Positions 45,960-60,589 of a stretch of 64,000 nt of DNA are shown in pieces. The DNA is taken from NCBI GenBank assembly GCA_010405405.1, contig MU004231.1:2557860-2621859 (forward strand), read 5' to 3'. The position numbers and the translations under genes were made by a program. The notes under the pieces are model-generated. The model ran no database searches and was not told where the DNA came from. It saw nothing but the letters and a program-made list of their open reading frames with translations. Position 1 is the first letter of the stretch; each line of letters opens with the position of its first letter. The stretch comes from Microthyrium microscopicum (taxonomy: Eukaryota).

Positions 45960-47403
45960 ATGTCCGTCAACACGCGTCTCGTGAACGCGCCAATCGTTCT
46001 CGACAATGGTAGCGGTACCATTCGCGCCGGATTTGCAGGCGAAGATGTCCCCAAATGCTACTTCCCAGCCTACGTTGGCCGGCCGAAACACGTACGAGCT
46101 ATGGCCGGTGCCATGGAAGGCGACATTCTAGTAGGCGCACGCGCGCAAGGTGAAGTGCGTGGGCTGCTTAAGATTAGCTATCCGCTGGAGCACGGAATAG
46201 TCACAGACTGGGACGACATGGAGCGCATATGGCAATACGTGTATGCTGAAGGACTAAAGACACTGAGTGAAGATGTATGATCCCACCCCTTGCTGTAAAA
46301 ATCCTGTTGGTTAGGAAGAGAAAGCTAATGGCTGAAATATAGCATCCAGTGTTATTAACAGAACCACCACTAAATCCACGGAGTAATCGAGAAACGGCGG
46401 CGCAGATACTGTTCGAGACGTTTAATGTACCGGCTCTGTACACATCGATCCAAGCCGTTCTATCATTATATGCATCTGGACGCACGACGGGAATTGTGCT
46501 GGATGCTGGAGATGGGGTGTCGCATGCGGTACCCGTGTACAATGGTTTTGCGATACAAAACAGCATTCGGCGAATAGACGTGGCGGGACGCGATGTTACA
46601 GAGAACCTACAGAAGCACTTGCGGCGAGCTGGCTACGTATTCCACACAAGCGCAGAGAAGGAGATTGTGCGCATAATGAAGGAGAAGATTAGCTATGTCG
46701 CGCTGGATCCGATCAAGGAAGAAAAGGACTTCAACTCGAGGTCAGCGAGAACAGAGGAGCTCAAGATTGAGTATCCGCTACCTGATGGAAAGACGATAAA
46801 GGTAAAGACCTCTCAAACCGGCGTTGTTGGCGAGTAGCGCAGGTTTACTAACGTGGTTGATTACAGCTCGGTCAGGAACGCTTCTGGGCACCTGAAATCC
46901 TCTTCAATCCTGAACTCATCGGCCTCGAATACCCTGGCGTTCACCAAATAGTCGTCGACTCTATTCACCGTACAGACATGGACCTGCGAAAGAGCTTATT
47001 TGGCAGCATCGTGCTGTCTGGTGGCTCCACGTTGACCAAGGGCTTCGGTGACCGACTGCTGCACGAGCTGCAGCGATTGGCAGTCAAGGATATGAAGATT
47101 AAGATTTTTGCGCCGCCCGAGCGGAAGTACACGACGTGGACAGGCGGCAGCATTCTGGCGGGCTTGAGCACATTCAAAAAGGTACGTCTCTCTTTTCACG
47201 ATAAATTTTGGCACTACTGTACGAGTGCTTTTGCTGCAGTTTGTTGTCATCAACTATACCTGGTCTGGAAGCTATGTCGATCGTTTTAAGCCAAGAAATG
47301 GAAGATGAGAAAATATCATACACTAACAAAGCTATTGCAGATGTGGGTCGACAAGGATGAGTGGCAGGAAAATCCAGATATTATTCATACGAAATTTGCA
47401 TAG
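45960..47403 (+). CDS. ARP1: Actin-related protein 1 (centractin, dynactin filament), 4 exons
   Basis: Motifs [59 protein letters not shown] and [18 protein letters not shown]; introns 46275-46342, 46802-46866 and 47182-47340. Confidence 0.95.
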
Positions 47404-49137
47404 CGAGCATTCAGAAAAGGACATGTTAGCACGACTGATACCCCGATTGAAATTGCATTGTTGGAAGTTTACTTGGTGAAATTTGCCTGCTTGTTCAGAA
47501 ATTTCAAGCGGTGGCGAATTTTTGTTGAACAGTGACGAGGTAATTGTGTAATACTAGTACATCACACAACAACACGAAGCGTATGAATGAGTGGAAATAA
47601 GGCAACAGGTTTCAGCAACGGACAAAAAGAAGCCGAATGGAATTGTCAAGAATGGCATGGGTTAGAGTAGAGTAGCAAGGGAATATGCATCATAGCGGCC
47701 CGGTGAGGAGAGAGACAGCTTTGAGCTAGAAATGTCCAGTCGCAAGCTCGCAACCAAAGTCCTGGTAGCCTCAAGTTGATGGACTGGCATCAAAGGGCAT
47801 GCGAATGTATGTACCTTGATCGAAGCAAGGAATAAATACCAGCCCTTGGAAGCACTGGCGAGAAAGGCACAGAGATCGCAGAAGATGAATAATGGAAATT
47901 ACGATTGCTGCACAGCTGGTTGACACCGTGTGAGTGATCATCGATCTGATTTGTGTGACTTTAGAAGTTGCAACACCCAGCTCACGATGCAGTAAGTGAC
48001 ACTTGAAAAAATTTCAGGGCTGTGATTGAGTGGAGAGAACTAGGCTGAACAGTTGCAAATTGACGGTACTCGGTGTACCTACACTCATGCGATGGAAGAA
48101 TGGATTCAAGGATTCATGGATTTATGGATGCGCAGGAGAAAACGTGCGCGCAAGCAATCGAGCACGAAATTTACGCCATTAATATGAGATGAAGATTATT
48201 TGGTAGTGTACCTGGGAAGGAGGTTTCAAGTGTGACGAGAATTGTGAATGATGCAGCGTGTCAATGCAACAATTTGGGTGAGAATAATGCTAGCTGGTTA
48301 AGCGGTGAATATAGCAAAGAGGTCAAACGAGCCGAAAAAGGAGAAATGGAAGCATCGTGAAGATTTTGGAAGAGCCGGAGCCATGTCAGGCGGGCAGCAA
48401 AATGTCACGATAGAAAGTCAAATGGCGGCGAGACGATTCAAGGAGGTGCAGTCGAGCGTCTTGAGCCCTCTCGTGATGAATTGACTGGAGATGGCGGAGT
48501 CCGACGCAGGGACAACACTGTACTCTGGAGTAAAAGCGTAAAAGATGCCTGGTTGAGCAATTGGCATTACCCCCTCGAAACATGCTTGGGGAATAGTGCT
48601 TTGTCATTGGAAACAGAGACTTTCTTCGAGGTAGTAAGGCGATTGGATATTCTGGGGTAGCGGTAGTTTTTATTACCCCCGAGAAATCCAGTTGCAGGCT
48701 AGACGACGCTTCATTGTGTCGTGACTGGCACAAGCCCCAGCCTTGTGACCGCACCAAATGTCGCCCTGACCAATTTTACATCCAGACAAGCCAGATCATG
48801 GCACCGAATGCCCGTCATTATTAACTAGAATTTTCTCTCGTGGCAACGCCATTTCTCATCTGTCTCATCAATCTGTCCATTGTCTCTTTCTGCTATATAA
48901 ACAGCCTTTCCGAGTTCCCCTGGTGTCCTGACTTTCAATAACCATACAACAACTCAGATCAATAATCTACCTTACCAGTCTTTGTCACTTCTATCTAGCC
49001 AAATCAAGCGCTTATAGCCGCCTCTTCTGCTGCACACTATTTATATCCCACCAGCCTTGTTGAGCCTCACCCCAGCAAATCTTCAACCAACCACACTATC
49101 AACACCTACCCCAACAACTCTCATCACCAATATCAAA

Positions 49138-49605
49138 ATGGTTTCCTCAACCTACCGCATCACTGAGCCACACCCATCTGTCCCCACCACCCACTACATC
49201 CACTCTGGTCGCGGCGGTGCCGGCAACATCTCTCACATTGACCCCAAAGGTGTAACATCGGCCCAAGATGCCACCGGCCCAGCCTCACGCACCAAGCTCA
49301 ACTCTCAACACGCCAACCACTACATATCCGGCCGTGGAGGAGCAGGCAACATCCACACCAACGAGCGTCCAATCTTCTCCTTCGACGAAGAGCTCGACCG
49401 CCAGCGCCGCATGATGGAGCACCAAGCACCAGTCTACCACGTTGGCCGCGGAGGAGCAGGCAACTACGCCAGCGAGACAGCAGGATCTCTTGCACGTCGA
49501 GGATCTAGCGGCACTGATGCTAGTGCTTCTTCGCGAGACAGTGTACGGCACTCTGTGGAAGCTACATGGTCGCGTCTACGCGGCTCATTCGCCAAACCAC
49601 AATAG
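49138..49605 (+). CDS. DUF3602 / Par32-like protein with three GRGGAGN motifs
   Basis: ATG 49138 in AAAATGG context; SGRGGAGNI twice and VGRGGAGNY; TATAAA at about 48896-48901 upstream. Confidence 0.85.
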   Translation: MVSSTYRITEPHPSVPTTHYIHSGRGGAGNISHIDPKGVTSAQDATGPASRTKLNSQHANHYISGRGGAGNIHTNERPIFSFDEELDRQRRMMEHQAPVYHVGRGGAGNYASETAGSLARRGSSGTDASASSRDSVRHSVEATWSRLRGSFAKPQ

Positions 49606-50924
49606 ACAACGCAGGACATTACACACAGCATTACCACGGCGTTCTTTATTGATGAGTTGATTTGCAAAAAGTTTTTACGGGACGGCATATTTGTACCTTT
49701 ACACACCAAGCATTGCAGGAAAAACAACATATCAATCAGCGAGGAGTTTATTTTCACAACAGTCAGGCCTTCTCGGACAGAGCCATTTCTTCACAGCATT
49801 GAAACAACCAGCAGCGGAGGATGATACCCACTGGTGAGGGCGCCCTATACAGGGACTCTACATAGTAACTAAATAATTCAAAACATTTACTCAAAACATC
49901 TTTTCTTAAATTGTGAAAATTGTGCAACTTGTGTGTCATACATTGGTGAATATCCAATCTCACAAGTCCATGGAAAACGTGGTCGGCTACGAGCGGCTGA
50001 ATGACCAGGGTCTTTTGATGTACCCCGGATCTTGTTAGCGCTGAGGCGTTTCAATATGTGTTATGCCCAATGTAGAAGGTACATGCAGTTTGATGCGTCT
50101 GATGTTCATCATTTTTCACGGCGACCCTGAACATCATTGAAGAAGGTAATGATCTTCTTGCTATTTTAAAAATTCCATACCATCATTTCGATTTCTATCA
50201 GGTGGTTCTATCCGAGTTACTTTGCACTTGTCACGGATTTTGGTTACATCCCTCTCCAGGGACAAAATGAGTGAGCCATCTGGATGGAGTTCCCATCCAT
50301 TACGATGGCTGGCATAACACTTCTTGAAGATTGACTGCTTTAATTACCATCGTATTCCAGAATCTAATGTAGATCTTACGACGCTGATGAGAATTAAAGC
50401 AGGCGCTCTCTGAGAACCATTATGGCAGCCGTCGTCATCGATGGCAACAGTCTTCGAAACGGCTCACTTATATTGTCCCGAAGAGATCCTCCATTGTCGT
50501 CTAGAAAATTCTCAAGAGGTACTTTGAACAACAAGAAAGTATGTGTTATAGTCCACCAGGGGTATGTTCTCATAATACATATTGAATCGAAACACGTCCT
50601 GCGATAGTGATTCGAGTCTTATCATCACTCTGGTCCCAATCTTACGCAATATTCGCAATAGATCTTTCCAAGTCAATTCAGCTCTTGATCTTCGACTTTG
50701 CCAATCAAAAGGAAAGTACACACACGATTCGGTGATTTGCAAGTCTTATATTTGTTCAAAGTATAAACAATTTGGATACTATCGTTACTTCGTACCAATA
50801 CCGTCTGGTTATCGCAAAACGCCCCTAAAAGAGCGTTGATATGCTGCCGTTTAAAACCCCGTCCAGAGACGCCGTCAAGCACAACACAGAAATTCAAAAG
50901 CAACACTGGCACCATATGTCACCA

Positions 50925-52806
50925 TCATAGTTCTCTCAACCTTACGAAACAGTTCTTCGGCCGATGCGTCAATATATCAATCGCCTCAAACCCACCAAGC
51001 TCCTCTCCAACATCCAACAGCTCAAATCGCCAAACTACCAACACCATCATCATCTCCATTGTCATATATGCCAACTTGCGTCCATAGCACCCACGAGGTC
51101 CGGCTCCAAATGCTAAAAACGGTCCAGCATTCTCATCAAACTTCCCCTCTGCATCCAGCCACCGCTCTGGTCGAAATAGACATACATCATCCGCGGCCCA
51201 TGGGGCAGTCTCACGCTTGCCTTGCGTAGTGCGGTTCATACCTAGTGCAAGCGGAGTCGCAGGCTGTACCATCCCAGGGCCATTGTTTAGTATGAATACT
51301 GTGGTGTTTTTGGGAATCACGTGGCCGAGGATAGTCACTTCAGCTGTCGTGGAGCGTGAGAGTATGGGTGCTACGGTACCGAGGCGTAGAGCCTCGCGCA
51401 TCACGGCGGAGAGGTAGGTGATCTGTGATGCGCTGATGGTGATTTCGGTGGCACTGGGCGGGCGATGCTCTGCTAGTGCTGAGGGAAAGGCTTTGTGGAG
51501 AGCAGCGCGGAGAGTGCTTTGGACGGTGGGGTTTGCGGTGAGATATTTTAGCATCCAGGTGAATGCGGTACTGCTGGTGTCGTGTCCGGCGACTAGAAAG
51601 CCGAATATCTGAGATTGTTAGTATTGCGTGAAGGCAATGGAACGGAGAGGATTACTTCGTCGAAGATGACTCGGGAGTAGTAGTTGGGAGGTCGACCTTG
51701 TTTAGCTGCATTTGAGTGTTCCCGATGGAGTATATAGTCGATGGCACAAGTGATCTTTGGCTGGGCTTCAGGATCGTTCAGATCAAGCCTCTCGACTGTC
51801 TTGTCTAGCTGGTCCTTGATGAAGTCCTCCTTGATACGATGCGCTTTGCGCTGAGCCGGTAGACATGAAATGAGCCAGTGAGTTGGGCGGGGGAACGGTG
51901 AAGAAGCTACCCAGCCTAATCGCTCCGTCATGGTCAAGACGGCCTGAAGCGTCGGTGGTAGGTCGGAGGATCGCCACTCAGCGAAAGTGGCTGTATTGCC
52001 TGATAGAGAAACTTGTCTCACAGCTTGTAAGCTCTCCCTTGCCGTATGTGATGCTCCTTTACCGCCGGCTGGGCCGAATGTAAAAGCCCACAGGCCATCA
52101 AGCGCTGTATGACATACATCGGTGGCCACAGCAAATGGGAGGCCATTGGACAACTGTGTCTTCCGTTCCCATAGACCAACCAGTTCAGACAGCGCATGAT
52201 AGACTTGTGGCGCTGCGATGTTGTTGAGAAAGCTTGGAGACATCAGGCCATTCACGAGATAGCGATTTGCTTTCCAAACTTCATTAGTCGTTTGATTCAG
52301 GTGATGATCCGGCAAGAGACCGTCAAAAAGCTCAGGTCCGAATTGGCCACGATCAAATTCTCGTGGTGTTCGACGGGCCATTATATCATATGCTTCCTGG
52401 AAATCGGTGAGAATAACCTTGTAAAAGTTAGGATGTTGAACCTCTCGACTATCTACCTAACTTTGTAGCTTACAAGAGATTTGGAGAAAGGAGCTGGGAA
52501 CAGCTGAATTATTGGTGATCCTATTCTTTCAGCTTCATATCGAAACCAATCGTACAGTTGATTCGTTTTGCGTCTATATCTCAACATTGGGATGGTATCC
52601 CCAAAGAGCGACCTAGTCACATTTTTGGTGTGAGGTATTCCAGGAAGTGGTTTAGGAAGAAGCTTGACATATAACAATATAGCTAAGAATCCAACGGATA
52701 TGAAGGGAAGTAGATTGTGGTCGAGCGAAGCCCCGTTGGCCTTGGATGCCTCTGGCCTGTTACTAGTGATGTTCATTCTAGTGATATTCATTCTAGCGTG
52801 TAGCAT
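50925..52806 (-). CDS. Cytochrome P450, 3 exons
   Basis: N-terminal TM then LPKPLPGIP; introns 52418-52473 and 51609-51655; I-helix AGHDT, K-helix EALR, FRPERW, heme motif FGAGPRGCYG. Exact start (52806, 52791 or 52776) is uncertain. Confidence 0.93.
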
Positions 52807-54974
52807 CTTTTCTCGTTTCCGCTTCAGTCAAGATGCTCGGGCAAAAGCATCGATTTATAGTACTCTTTCAAGTTGACCGGTTCCCAAGAACTAGATGGGT
52901 CTTTTGAAGAATTTGCGTATGGCCTGATCAGAGACGATAGAAAATAGATAAATGTTGACGATGTGCGACACGAACTTCGAGTCTCTGATTCATTATCCCA
53001 AGTCATTCTGCGTTATGCTGAATCCTGACATTCTGGGCTTTGCTTTTCGTGGCTACACCGGTGAGAAGATGTGGATGGCTTAGAACTTTGAGTGGCTGTT
53101 TTCATATCACAAGGTAAACGGAGACCTACAGGAGCAGAGGATCGCCGTTGTTAGCTGACCCAAGTCAGGCCACTTCTTCGATAGTTACAGATATAGACAA
53201 CTTTACAGCTTCTAGAAGTATGTCGTACTCGTACGTTAGCCAGAAGTGTGCAACATCAGGCCACATGTTATGACTTACCGCGATTGGAGCCCTGCTTAGT
53301 GCAATCATTGACTTGCGTGCCAGATCGTGCAACTGCTAGGTTAAGCGACAGTTACACCAGTATATCAAGAATGATGATAATAGATAAGACTTCAGACGTT
53401 CTACTGTATATTTTGAAGTAGGAGCCAGTGAGCGATGAATTGACCAAGGTACTAAAGAGGAAGAATAAGGTGCGCATAGACTCAAGAGGAATGTTTGCTT
53501 CGTTACTCTTGGAATCGAGTGGCTGTCTGGTTTTTGATATGCTGTTCTTGGTCTTGTGAGCCAGTTGACATTTCATAGCTTGCGGATAATTTCCCTTGAA
53601 TTCCTGTCAGGATGTGAAGGTGTGTCAATCAGTTCATAAATTACACCCCGAACGAGAGCTCACCTGTGGCAGCGTGCTGATGGGAAAGATAAAGATCGAT
53701 CGAGCAGGAATAGCAGTATACAATCCCATGCTATAAATGCTGTTTAGCTGCAGGGATGTAGGCAATATAGGTTGCGCAGAGAAGGCGTTGTGATTCTCGA
53801 CCTCTCAGCCTTGTAAACTGAATGGCGGGGATGGTATTGTGTATATTCTGCACCTTGTGAAGGCTCTGGTCCGCAGGTTGTGTGATAGACATGTAAATTG
53901 GAGGCCATGGATCACTACCTACACTAATCAGTTGATAAACAATGATTGGAACGTCTTCATGTCGCTAGCTTGAGACACCGGTTGGACCTTGATCTCTTCT
54001 GCTGGTTGGTCCGGTTCGTGGATGGGATACTGGAGAGAATCGCATGTTCATGACCTGTTGGAGCCAGTCAACGGGCCGGCAAAATGACTGGCGTGCCCCT
54101 ATCAAGATCTATTGCTTCCACCAACGTTGCTAAACAAAAGGTGCTAGAGTTCCCATCGCATTCGATAAAAGATCAAGGAACTAATGAAGCCTTTGATAAG
54201 CAAGCATTCAATCACAAAGCGTGATAGACTAGAGCCATGAAAGTTGAGGCAGGCTGGTCAGTCATTTTGTCTAAAATCAGTTGCCAGCGCTTCACTCAGT
54301 ATCGAAATTAATCGACGTCTGATTGAAGTCCCAGAGTGAACGGGAGCAATGGAGAGAAAACGTGGCTCTGACCGTTGCTCTATTCACTTACGATACCGTT
54401 TGCTATAGGAATAGTAGCTTTAAATAATCTGACAGCAGTGATGGAGTTATGTAGGAGCGGCGCAATTGTGGAGTGAGCTTTTGACTTTGAAAGTAAAAAG
54501 AATAAAGCCTTAACGCTATTCCTGCCAATTTGCCATCAGATGACCATCATACATTGATGAGACACAAAAATGCTGTGTAGCACCCTCTGCGATAGTCGAA
54601 ATGGAGAGAAGAAGTTGAAGTTGATCAGGCAGGCAGGGGTGAGGAGCCTTGGGACATCTGGAGCTAAGCTTATCTGGCTATAGCATGACGCTAGCGCAAA
54701 CGCGTCTAACCGGAGCTGGAACATTATTTTACCGCGACATAGCGCGCTTATTGAACATCGCCTTTCCTAAGGAGCCAGGAGCCTCCATTCCAACATTTGA
54801 ACGACTTCACTTTTGCATCTCCCATTCAATTCGTCACCGCATAATCCTCTTTGCTTGACATTCCCATCACCACATCCCAATCTAACCGCGTCGTCAATCC
54901 AAAACTCAACCTTCTACTCCCTCGAGAAACCTTACAACCTCGTTCACAGCTTGACAAGCACCCAACCGCGCGTT

Positions 54975-57900
54975 ATGAGCAATTTCATTGACTCCCGAGC
55001 TGATGTGGGCTCTGACGAAGAGAGTGAGGTTGACTCTGAGACTGGTGAACACACTCGACGCAATGGCAATGGAAAGGCTCGGGACGACGTAGACTCAAGC
55101 GAAGAAGAAGAATCTGACGACGAGGAGGCTGCGCGTGCAGTGAGCTTTTCTCCATCGTTTCACCAGTTCTTTACTAACTTTGGCAGGTACGCGACGGTTT
55201 CATAGTTGAAGATGACGATGACGATGTCGAAATTGAATCGCGACAAGATCGGAAGAAACGTCGCCGCGAAGAACGAGAGCGAGATCTGGAACTGGACGTT
55301 GAAGATCTTGAAGTCATTGGTGTACAAGACGCCGATGATGGCCAGGTATGTACAAGATTACCAAGAGCTGCTCATGTGCTTACATATCTCTAGCCCAAAT
55401 TCAAACGACTCAAGCAAGGTCATCGTGACCGACCATCCGCACTTGAAATTTCGGACGATGAAGCGGAACCAGAGGAAGTCATGGGTGTTGATGAGTTTGA
55501 TGGTTTCATTGAAGAAGATGAGTTCTCGGATGATGATCGCGAAAAAATCCGCGAGGAACGTGAAGTCGGACGACCAGGGCGAAAGCCTTTTTCTGTGGCT
55601 GGACTAAGATCTGGCTTTGACGAGCGCGCCATGGAAGATTACAATCTTGCTTTTGGAGATACTACAGAGTACGAATGGGCGTTGGCTCTGGAGGAGCGCG
55701 CAGAGGAAGAAGATCGCGAAGAGAAACCGTTGGAACTCAAGGACATATTCGAGCCAGCGCAGCTTAAGGCGAAACTTCTTACAGATGAAGACATGGCTAT
55801 CCGCGACTTGGATGTTCCAGAACGACTTCAACTCGCTTGGAAACATGTCAAATTTATAGAACGCAGTCCGGAAGAGACGGCACGCCTGCTTGATGAGGAA
55901 GCGCAGTGGATTGCACGACTGTTGCTTCCGAAGAAGCGACTTGAGGAGTTCCTCCACGACCCTTTTGAAACCGCCATCATCGAAGTGCTCAAGTTCTTCC
56001 ACAACGACAAGTTCGAAGTCCCCTTCATCTGGCAACAGCGCCGAGATTTCATCATCCATGAATATCCTCCGAATGCTGACGGTAAAACCCCCCCACCTGA
56101 ACGACTCCTGGCACAGACAGATCTTTGGGAAATATTCGAACTCGACTTGCGGTTCAAAGCCTTGGTTGAGAAACGAGATGCCTTGACTTCTTCTTGTGAA
56201 GAGCTTAAGGCACATGCCAATATTAATGACACTTTGATTGACGATCTGCTCACAAAGGCTTCGAGCGCAGAAGAGGTTCAGGATCTGCAGGACTATTTAC
56301 ATTTCCAATACTCCGCACAGTTAAAAGATGTCGCTGCAATCACCTCGACCACTAATGGGACCACTAGACGGCCTCTGGGTGGAACTGTCAATTGGGAAGC
56401 CATTCGAAGCGGGCCTGCTTATAGCTTTGTTCGAGCAGTGGGCATGACTACAGATGACTTTGCTCGGAACGTCGTTGGAGTAGACACTCGGGTCTATGCC
56501 GAAGATGCCACCGACCGGCCGGACGATTTAGCTGACAGTCTTGTTAGTGGCCGCTACAACACTGGGACTGGGCTATTGGGTCATGCCAAGGTAATGTTCG
56601 TTGAAGAGCTGGCCACTAATCCTCGATTGCGTCAATATATGCGCAAGTCGTTTTACGAAAATTGCGTCGTCGATTGTCAACGTACTGAGAAAGGCGCGAT
56701 CGAAATCACTGAGGATCATCGATACTACGAATTCAAGTATCTTCGAAACATTGAATTCAGCTCTTTGGCTCGTAAGCCGGAGAGCTTCTTGCGGATGCTA
56801 CGCGCTGAACAAGAAGGCCTGCTCGAAATCAAGTTCCGGATCCTGAATTCCAGCCGTTTCCGTCAGCGTCTCTATGCTCACATTGAATCCGATAGCGTCA
56901 GTGAGATTGCTGAGCATTGGAATAGACTCCGACAAGAATGGGTTGACTCGGCTCTTGACAAACTGGAGAAAATCATCAGCCGTGGTGTTAAGGAAGCGCT
57001 GAAAACCGAATGCGAAAACACGCTCGCTCGTGCCTGTCGAGACAAGTATACCGAGAAATTGGACGTCACACCTTATAAACCAAAAGACCTGGAACTTGGA
57101 TCCGAACCTAGTGTCCTGGCTCTTTCCAATGGTCAGGGTGTGCCTGGACGGGATGCTGTGGTTTATGTTTTCTTGGACGAACTCGGTAAGATAATCTTTG
57201 AACCATTGCTAAGACTGTCTTGTAAGCTGCCACTAACTCTGATTAGGTCATCTACTTGAGTACGGCAAGTTTGACGAACTCCGAAGCGCAAAGGACGTCG
57301 ACAAATTCATACCGCAAGGTGCTGACAATGGAAAACTGCTTGATATCATCAACAAACGTCGACCTGACGTGATTGCAATTTCTGGATTCACCCCCGAAAC
57401 TCGAAAATTGCAGAAAGAGATTGATGAGATTCTCGATAAACACAAGGATGAAGAGGATGCCAAAAATCGCAATGGCAACGCTGATTCAGATGACGATGAC
57501 GACAAATTTGTCAAACCGGAGGTTGTAATGGTCAATGACGAAGTTGCCCGACTATATTACAACACTGAACGAGCTCAGATCCAGTTTCCACAGCTTACAT
57601 CCATCGGCCGATATTGCGTTGCACTCGCTCGATATCTTCGCAGTCCCCTCTTGGAATACGCTACTCTGGGTGCTGATATTTCCTCTATCAAGTTTGACCC
57701 TAATCAAGATCTTGTGCCAGCAGATAAACTCGCAAAGCATCTCGAATATGCAATGGTTGACATGGTCAATCTTGTCGGCGTGAACCTTGAGGAAGCCTTG
57801 GACAATCCTTACATAGCCAACTTGATGCCATATGTTTGTGGTCTCGGTCCTCGCAAAGCTGCTCGCGTGCTTGAAGTCATTGGTCAAAATGGCGGAGTGG

Positions 57901-59447
57901 TACAATCACGACAAGAGCTCGTTGGAGATATGGAGTCCAATCTCGCTCAAGCTATGGGTCCAGTTGTGTATTACAATGCTGCTAGCTTCGTTTATCTCAC
58001 CTATCAACCAGATGAAAAGGATTCCGATCCTTTGGACAACACTCGTATCCACCCAGAGGACTATGATATCGCCAAGAAAATTGCGGCAGATGCACTCAAC
58101 TTGGACGAAGAAGACATCGCCTATGACCGCCGCAACGGCGGCCCTAGTGCCGAAGTTCGACGTCTCATTGCCGATCGCCAGGAAGATGCATTACAGGACC
58201 TTCATCTCGAAAATTATGCCGACGAATTGGACCAGAAACTCAACCAGAAGAAACGAGCTACGCTTGAGACGATTCGTGCTGAATTGGTCAATCGTTACGA
58301 AGAGCTTCGCCGCGAATTTGTTCCCATGCAGCACGACGACATTTTCACCATGCTGACTGGCGAGACCAAAGAAACTCTAGCCGACAGTATGATACTGCCC
58401 GTCAAGATCAAGCGGATACACCGCGATCACATAGAAGTGCGCTTGGACTGCGGTGTTGATGGTATTGTCAGTGACAACGCATACAGTGTCAATGTGAGCG
58501 GTGATCTTCACGTGAAGGATTATTACACGCGAGATCAAATTCTTCCTGCTAAGCTGTTGTTCATCAATCGCAAAACCATGGCTGCGCAACTAAGTTTCAA
58601 TGAGGATATGTTGAAGCGACCATACCTGAAGCCGCAATCCGACAAATTAGCTGGTCAATGGGACAAGGCTGAAGAAGAACGGGACGCACGCCAGCAATTG
58701 AAGGAAAAGGAGTCCAAGGCAGGCCGACCACATCGTGTCATCAAGCATCCACTCTTCCGACCATTCAATACCCAGCAAGCAGTAGAATATCTAGGATCCA
58801 AGAATGCTGGAGATGTTGTCATTCGCCCATCTTCTCGCGGCATAGACCATCTGGCTATCACCTGGAAGGTCGCAGACAATGTGTTCAAGCACTTTGATGT
58901 GTTGGAACTCGACAAAGAAAGCGAGTATGCCCTGGGCAAGATTCTCAGAATCGAAGGCAAATACAACTATGTCGATCTCGACGATTTGATTGTCAACCAT
59001 GTGGAAGCCATGGCCAAGAAAGTCAACGAAATGACCAACGATGCTCGCTTCCAAAAAGGGTCCCGCAACCAAACTGGTAAGTTGGATTCTCAATTCTTTT
59101 CTTATCATCAGTGTCTAATATGTTCTACAGAGCAATGGCTAGCTACATATACAGAGGCCAATCCACGGCGAAGCATGTACGCTTTCTGCATCAACAAACA
59201 ATTCCCCGGCTATTTCGACCTCTGCTTCAAAGAAGGTCAAGGTAAGCGCTTACATTTCTTTTTCTAAGCGACCATATTCTAACAGATTTCAGGTGCACCC
59301 CCAGTCACTTGGTCCGTTGAGGTGGTGCCCAATGGCTTTAGGATGAATAATGCTTCCTATCCGAATATGGATGCGCTGAAGAACGGTTTCAAGCTGATCA
59401 TGATCACCAAGGCGAGCAAGGCGCAACAAAACCAAAGCCGTCGATAG
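54975..59447 (+). CDS. SPT6: Transcription elongation factor / histone chaperone Spt6, 6 exons
   Basis: Acidic N-terminus; motifs LKDIFEP, IR..DVPERLQ, EVPFIWQQRRD, YVCGLGPRKA and LDNTRIHPEDY; S1 domain; tandem SH2 (RVIKHPLF, IRPSSRG.DHLAITWKV). Introns 55140-55186, 55346-55393, 57186-57246, 59077-59130 and 59242-59292. Confidence 0.96.
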
Positions 59448-59795
59448 TCAACCGTTGCGCGCCGGAATATGAGTTGGCTACTAGTTTCGTAATTTGATCG
59501 GCCATAAATTCATGTGAAAAGCATTGTTGGGTGTTTAGGTCCGGTTGATTCATTGGTGATGGCATCCGGGGTAGGATAGATTTCATAAATGAAATAATGC
59601 TTTCTCCAACTTGCTTTTGTGTATTACATGTGATTATTGGGTCAGACGCATAAACCTCTCAAAGAATTGATGGGCATAAATGATTCATTTGCTACACTAT
59701 CTGGCGTACAGAGGACATGCAATTACCCTCCCAACGCCAAAAAATCAAAAACCACTCCATGCCTACAAAACACAACTCTACCATGCTACGATACC

Positions 59796-60589
59796 CTAGT
59801 TGTTAAGTATCGTCCGCACCAAGTCTACGACACACATTTGTTAGCTCTTCCATACCTCTCTTTTCGCTTGAGGAATACATACCAGTATAGCAGATCTCAC
59901 CACTGCTTGTATCCACAGCTTTGAGTAACTCATCCACTTCATCATCACTCATCTTCTCGCCCAAATTCGTCAGAATATAGCGCAATTGACCCACGCCGAT
60001 GAAACCTGTCATATCCTTGTCGAACACTTGAAAGCCGCGCGAGTATTCTTCTGGTTCGCCAGGTTCGCGGAATCCGCCGGGGCGGTTGAGGATGCGCATG
60101 AATGTGTCAAAGTCGACTGGTCTCTTTATTAGCAACAATATTACCCCCCTAAAAACAGACTCGCTGGGTTGAGGAGACTCTTACATTCTTTACCCACGCC
60201 TTTATCCAAGTCCGCAATTTCCGCAAGCGTAGGGTTTTGCCCGCAAGCGCGTAGCAAATCACCGAGCGTGTCAACAGGAACACGGCCTGATCCGCGCTTG
60301 TCGAACAGAGAGAATGCCTCTTTGTAGTTTGTTGATGCCTGGGAAGCGAGATGAGCGTCAAGATCAGGGAAGGACGATACGATTGGGGGAGGGGCTTTGA
60401 CGGCTAAAGATGTGGAGGAGGGGGAAGAGAATTTGGAGATGATGGTGCTGGTGGTTATGCTAGAAAGGGGAGGCATTGTGCTGGTTGTTTGGGGATCGCG
60501 CGACTTGCGGAGCGAGAGTACGGTGGGTTGAGAGTGTGTGTACAGCGTGGAGGATTGCGGTCAGAGGGAAAAGGAGAGAGATGTACCAT
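59796..60589 (-). CDS. MLC1: Myosin essential light chain (Cdc4/Mlc1 EF-hand protein), 4 exons
   Basis: ATG-only first coding exon at 60587-60589; introns 60339-60586, 60117-60184 and 59825-59882; ASTNYKEAFSLFDKRG, LLRACGQNPTLAEI and GFQVFDKDMTGFIGVGQLRYILTNLGEKM. Confidence 0.92.

Noticed and set aside
53350..54480. Intron-like signals and short inverted repeats (GCCAGTCA/TGACTGGC at about 54063-54092)
   Set aside because: No coherent reading frame, and the repeats are short enough to be chance.
1..59447. Apparent clustering of chromatin/transcription genes (TFG1, POB3, ESP1, CENP-X, SPT6)
   Set aside because: Interspersed with unrelated genes over 60 kb; compatible with ordinary gene-dense synteny.
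60339..60476. Ser/Pro-rich N-terminal extension of the myosin light chain from ATG 60476
   Set aside because: Better explained as pyrimidine-rich intron 1 after an ATG-only exon, ending at CAG before the conserved ASTNYKEAF.
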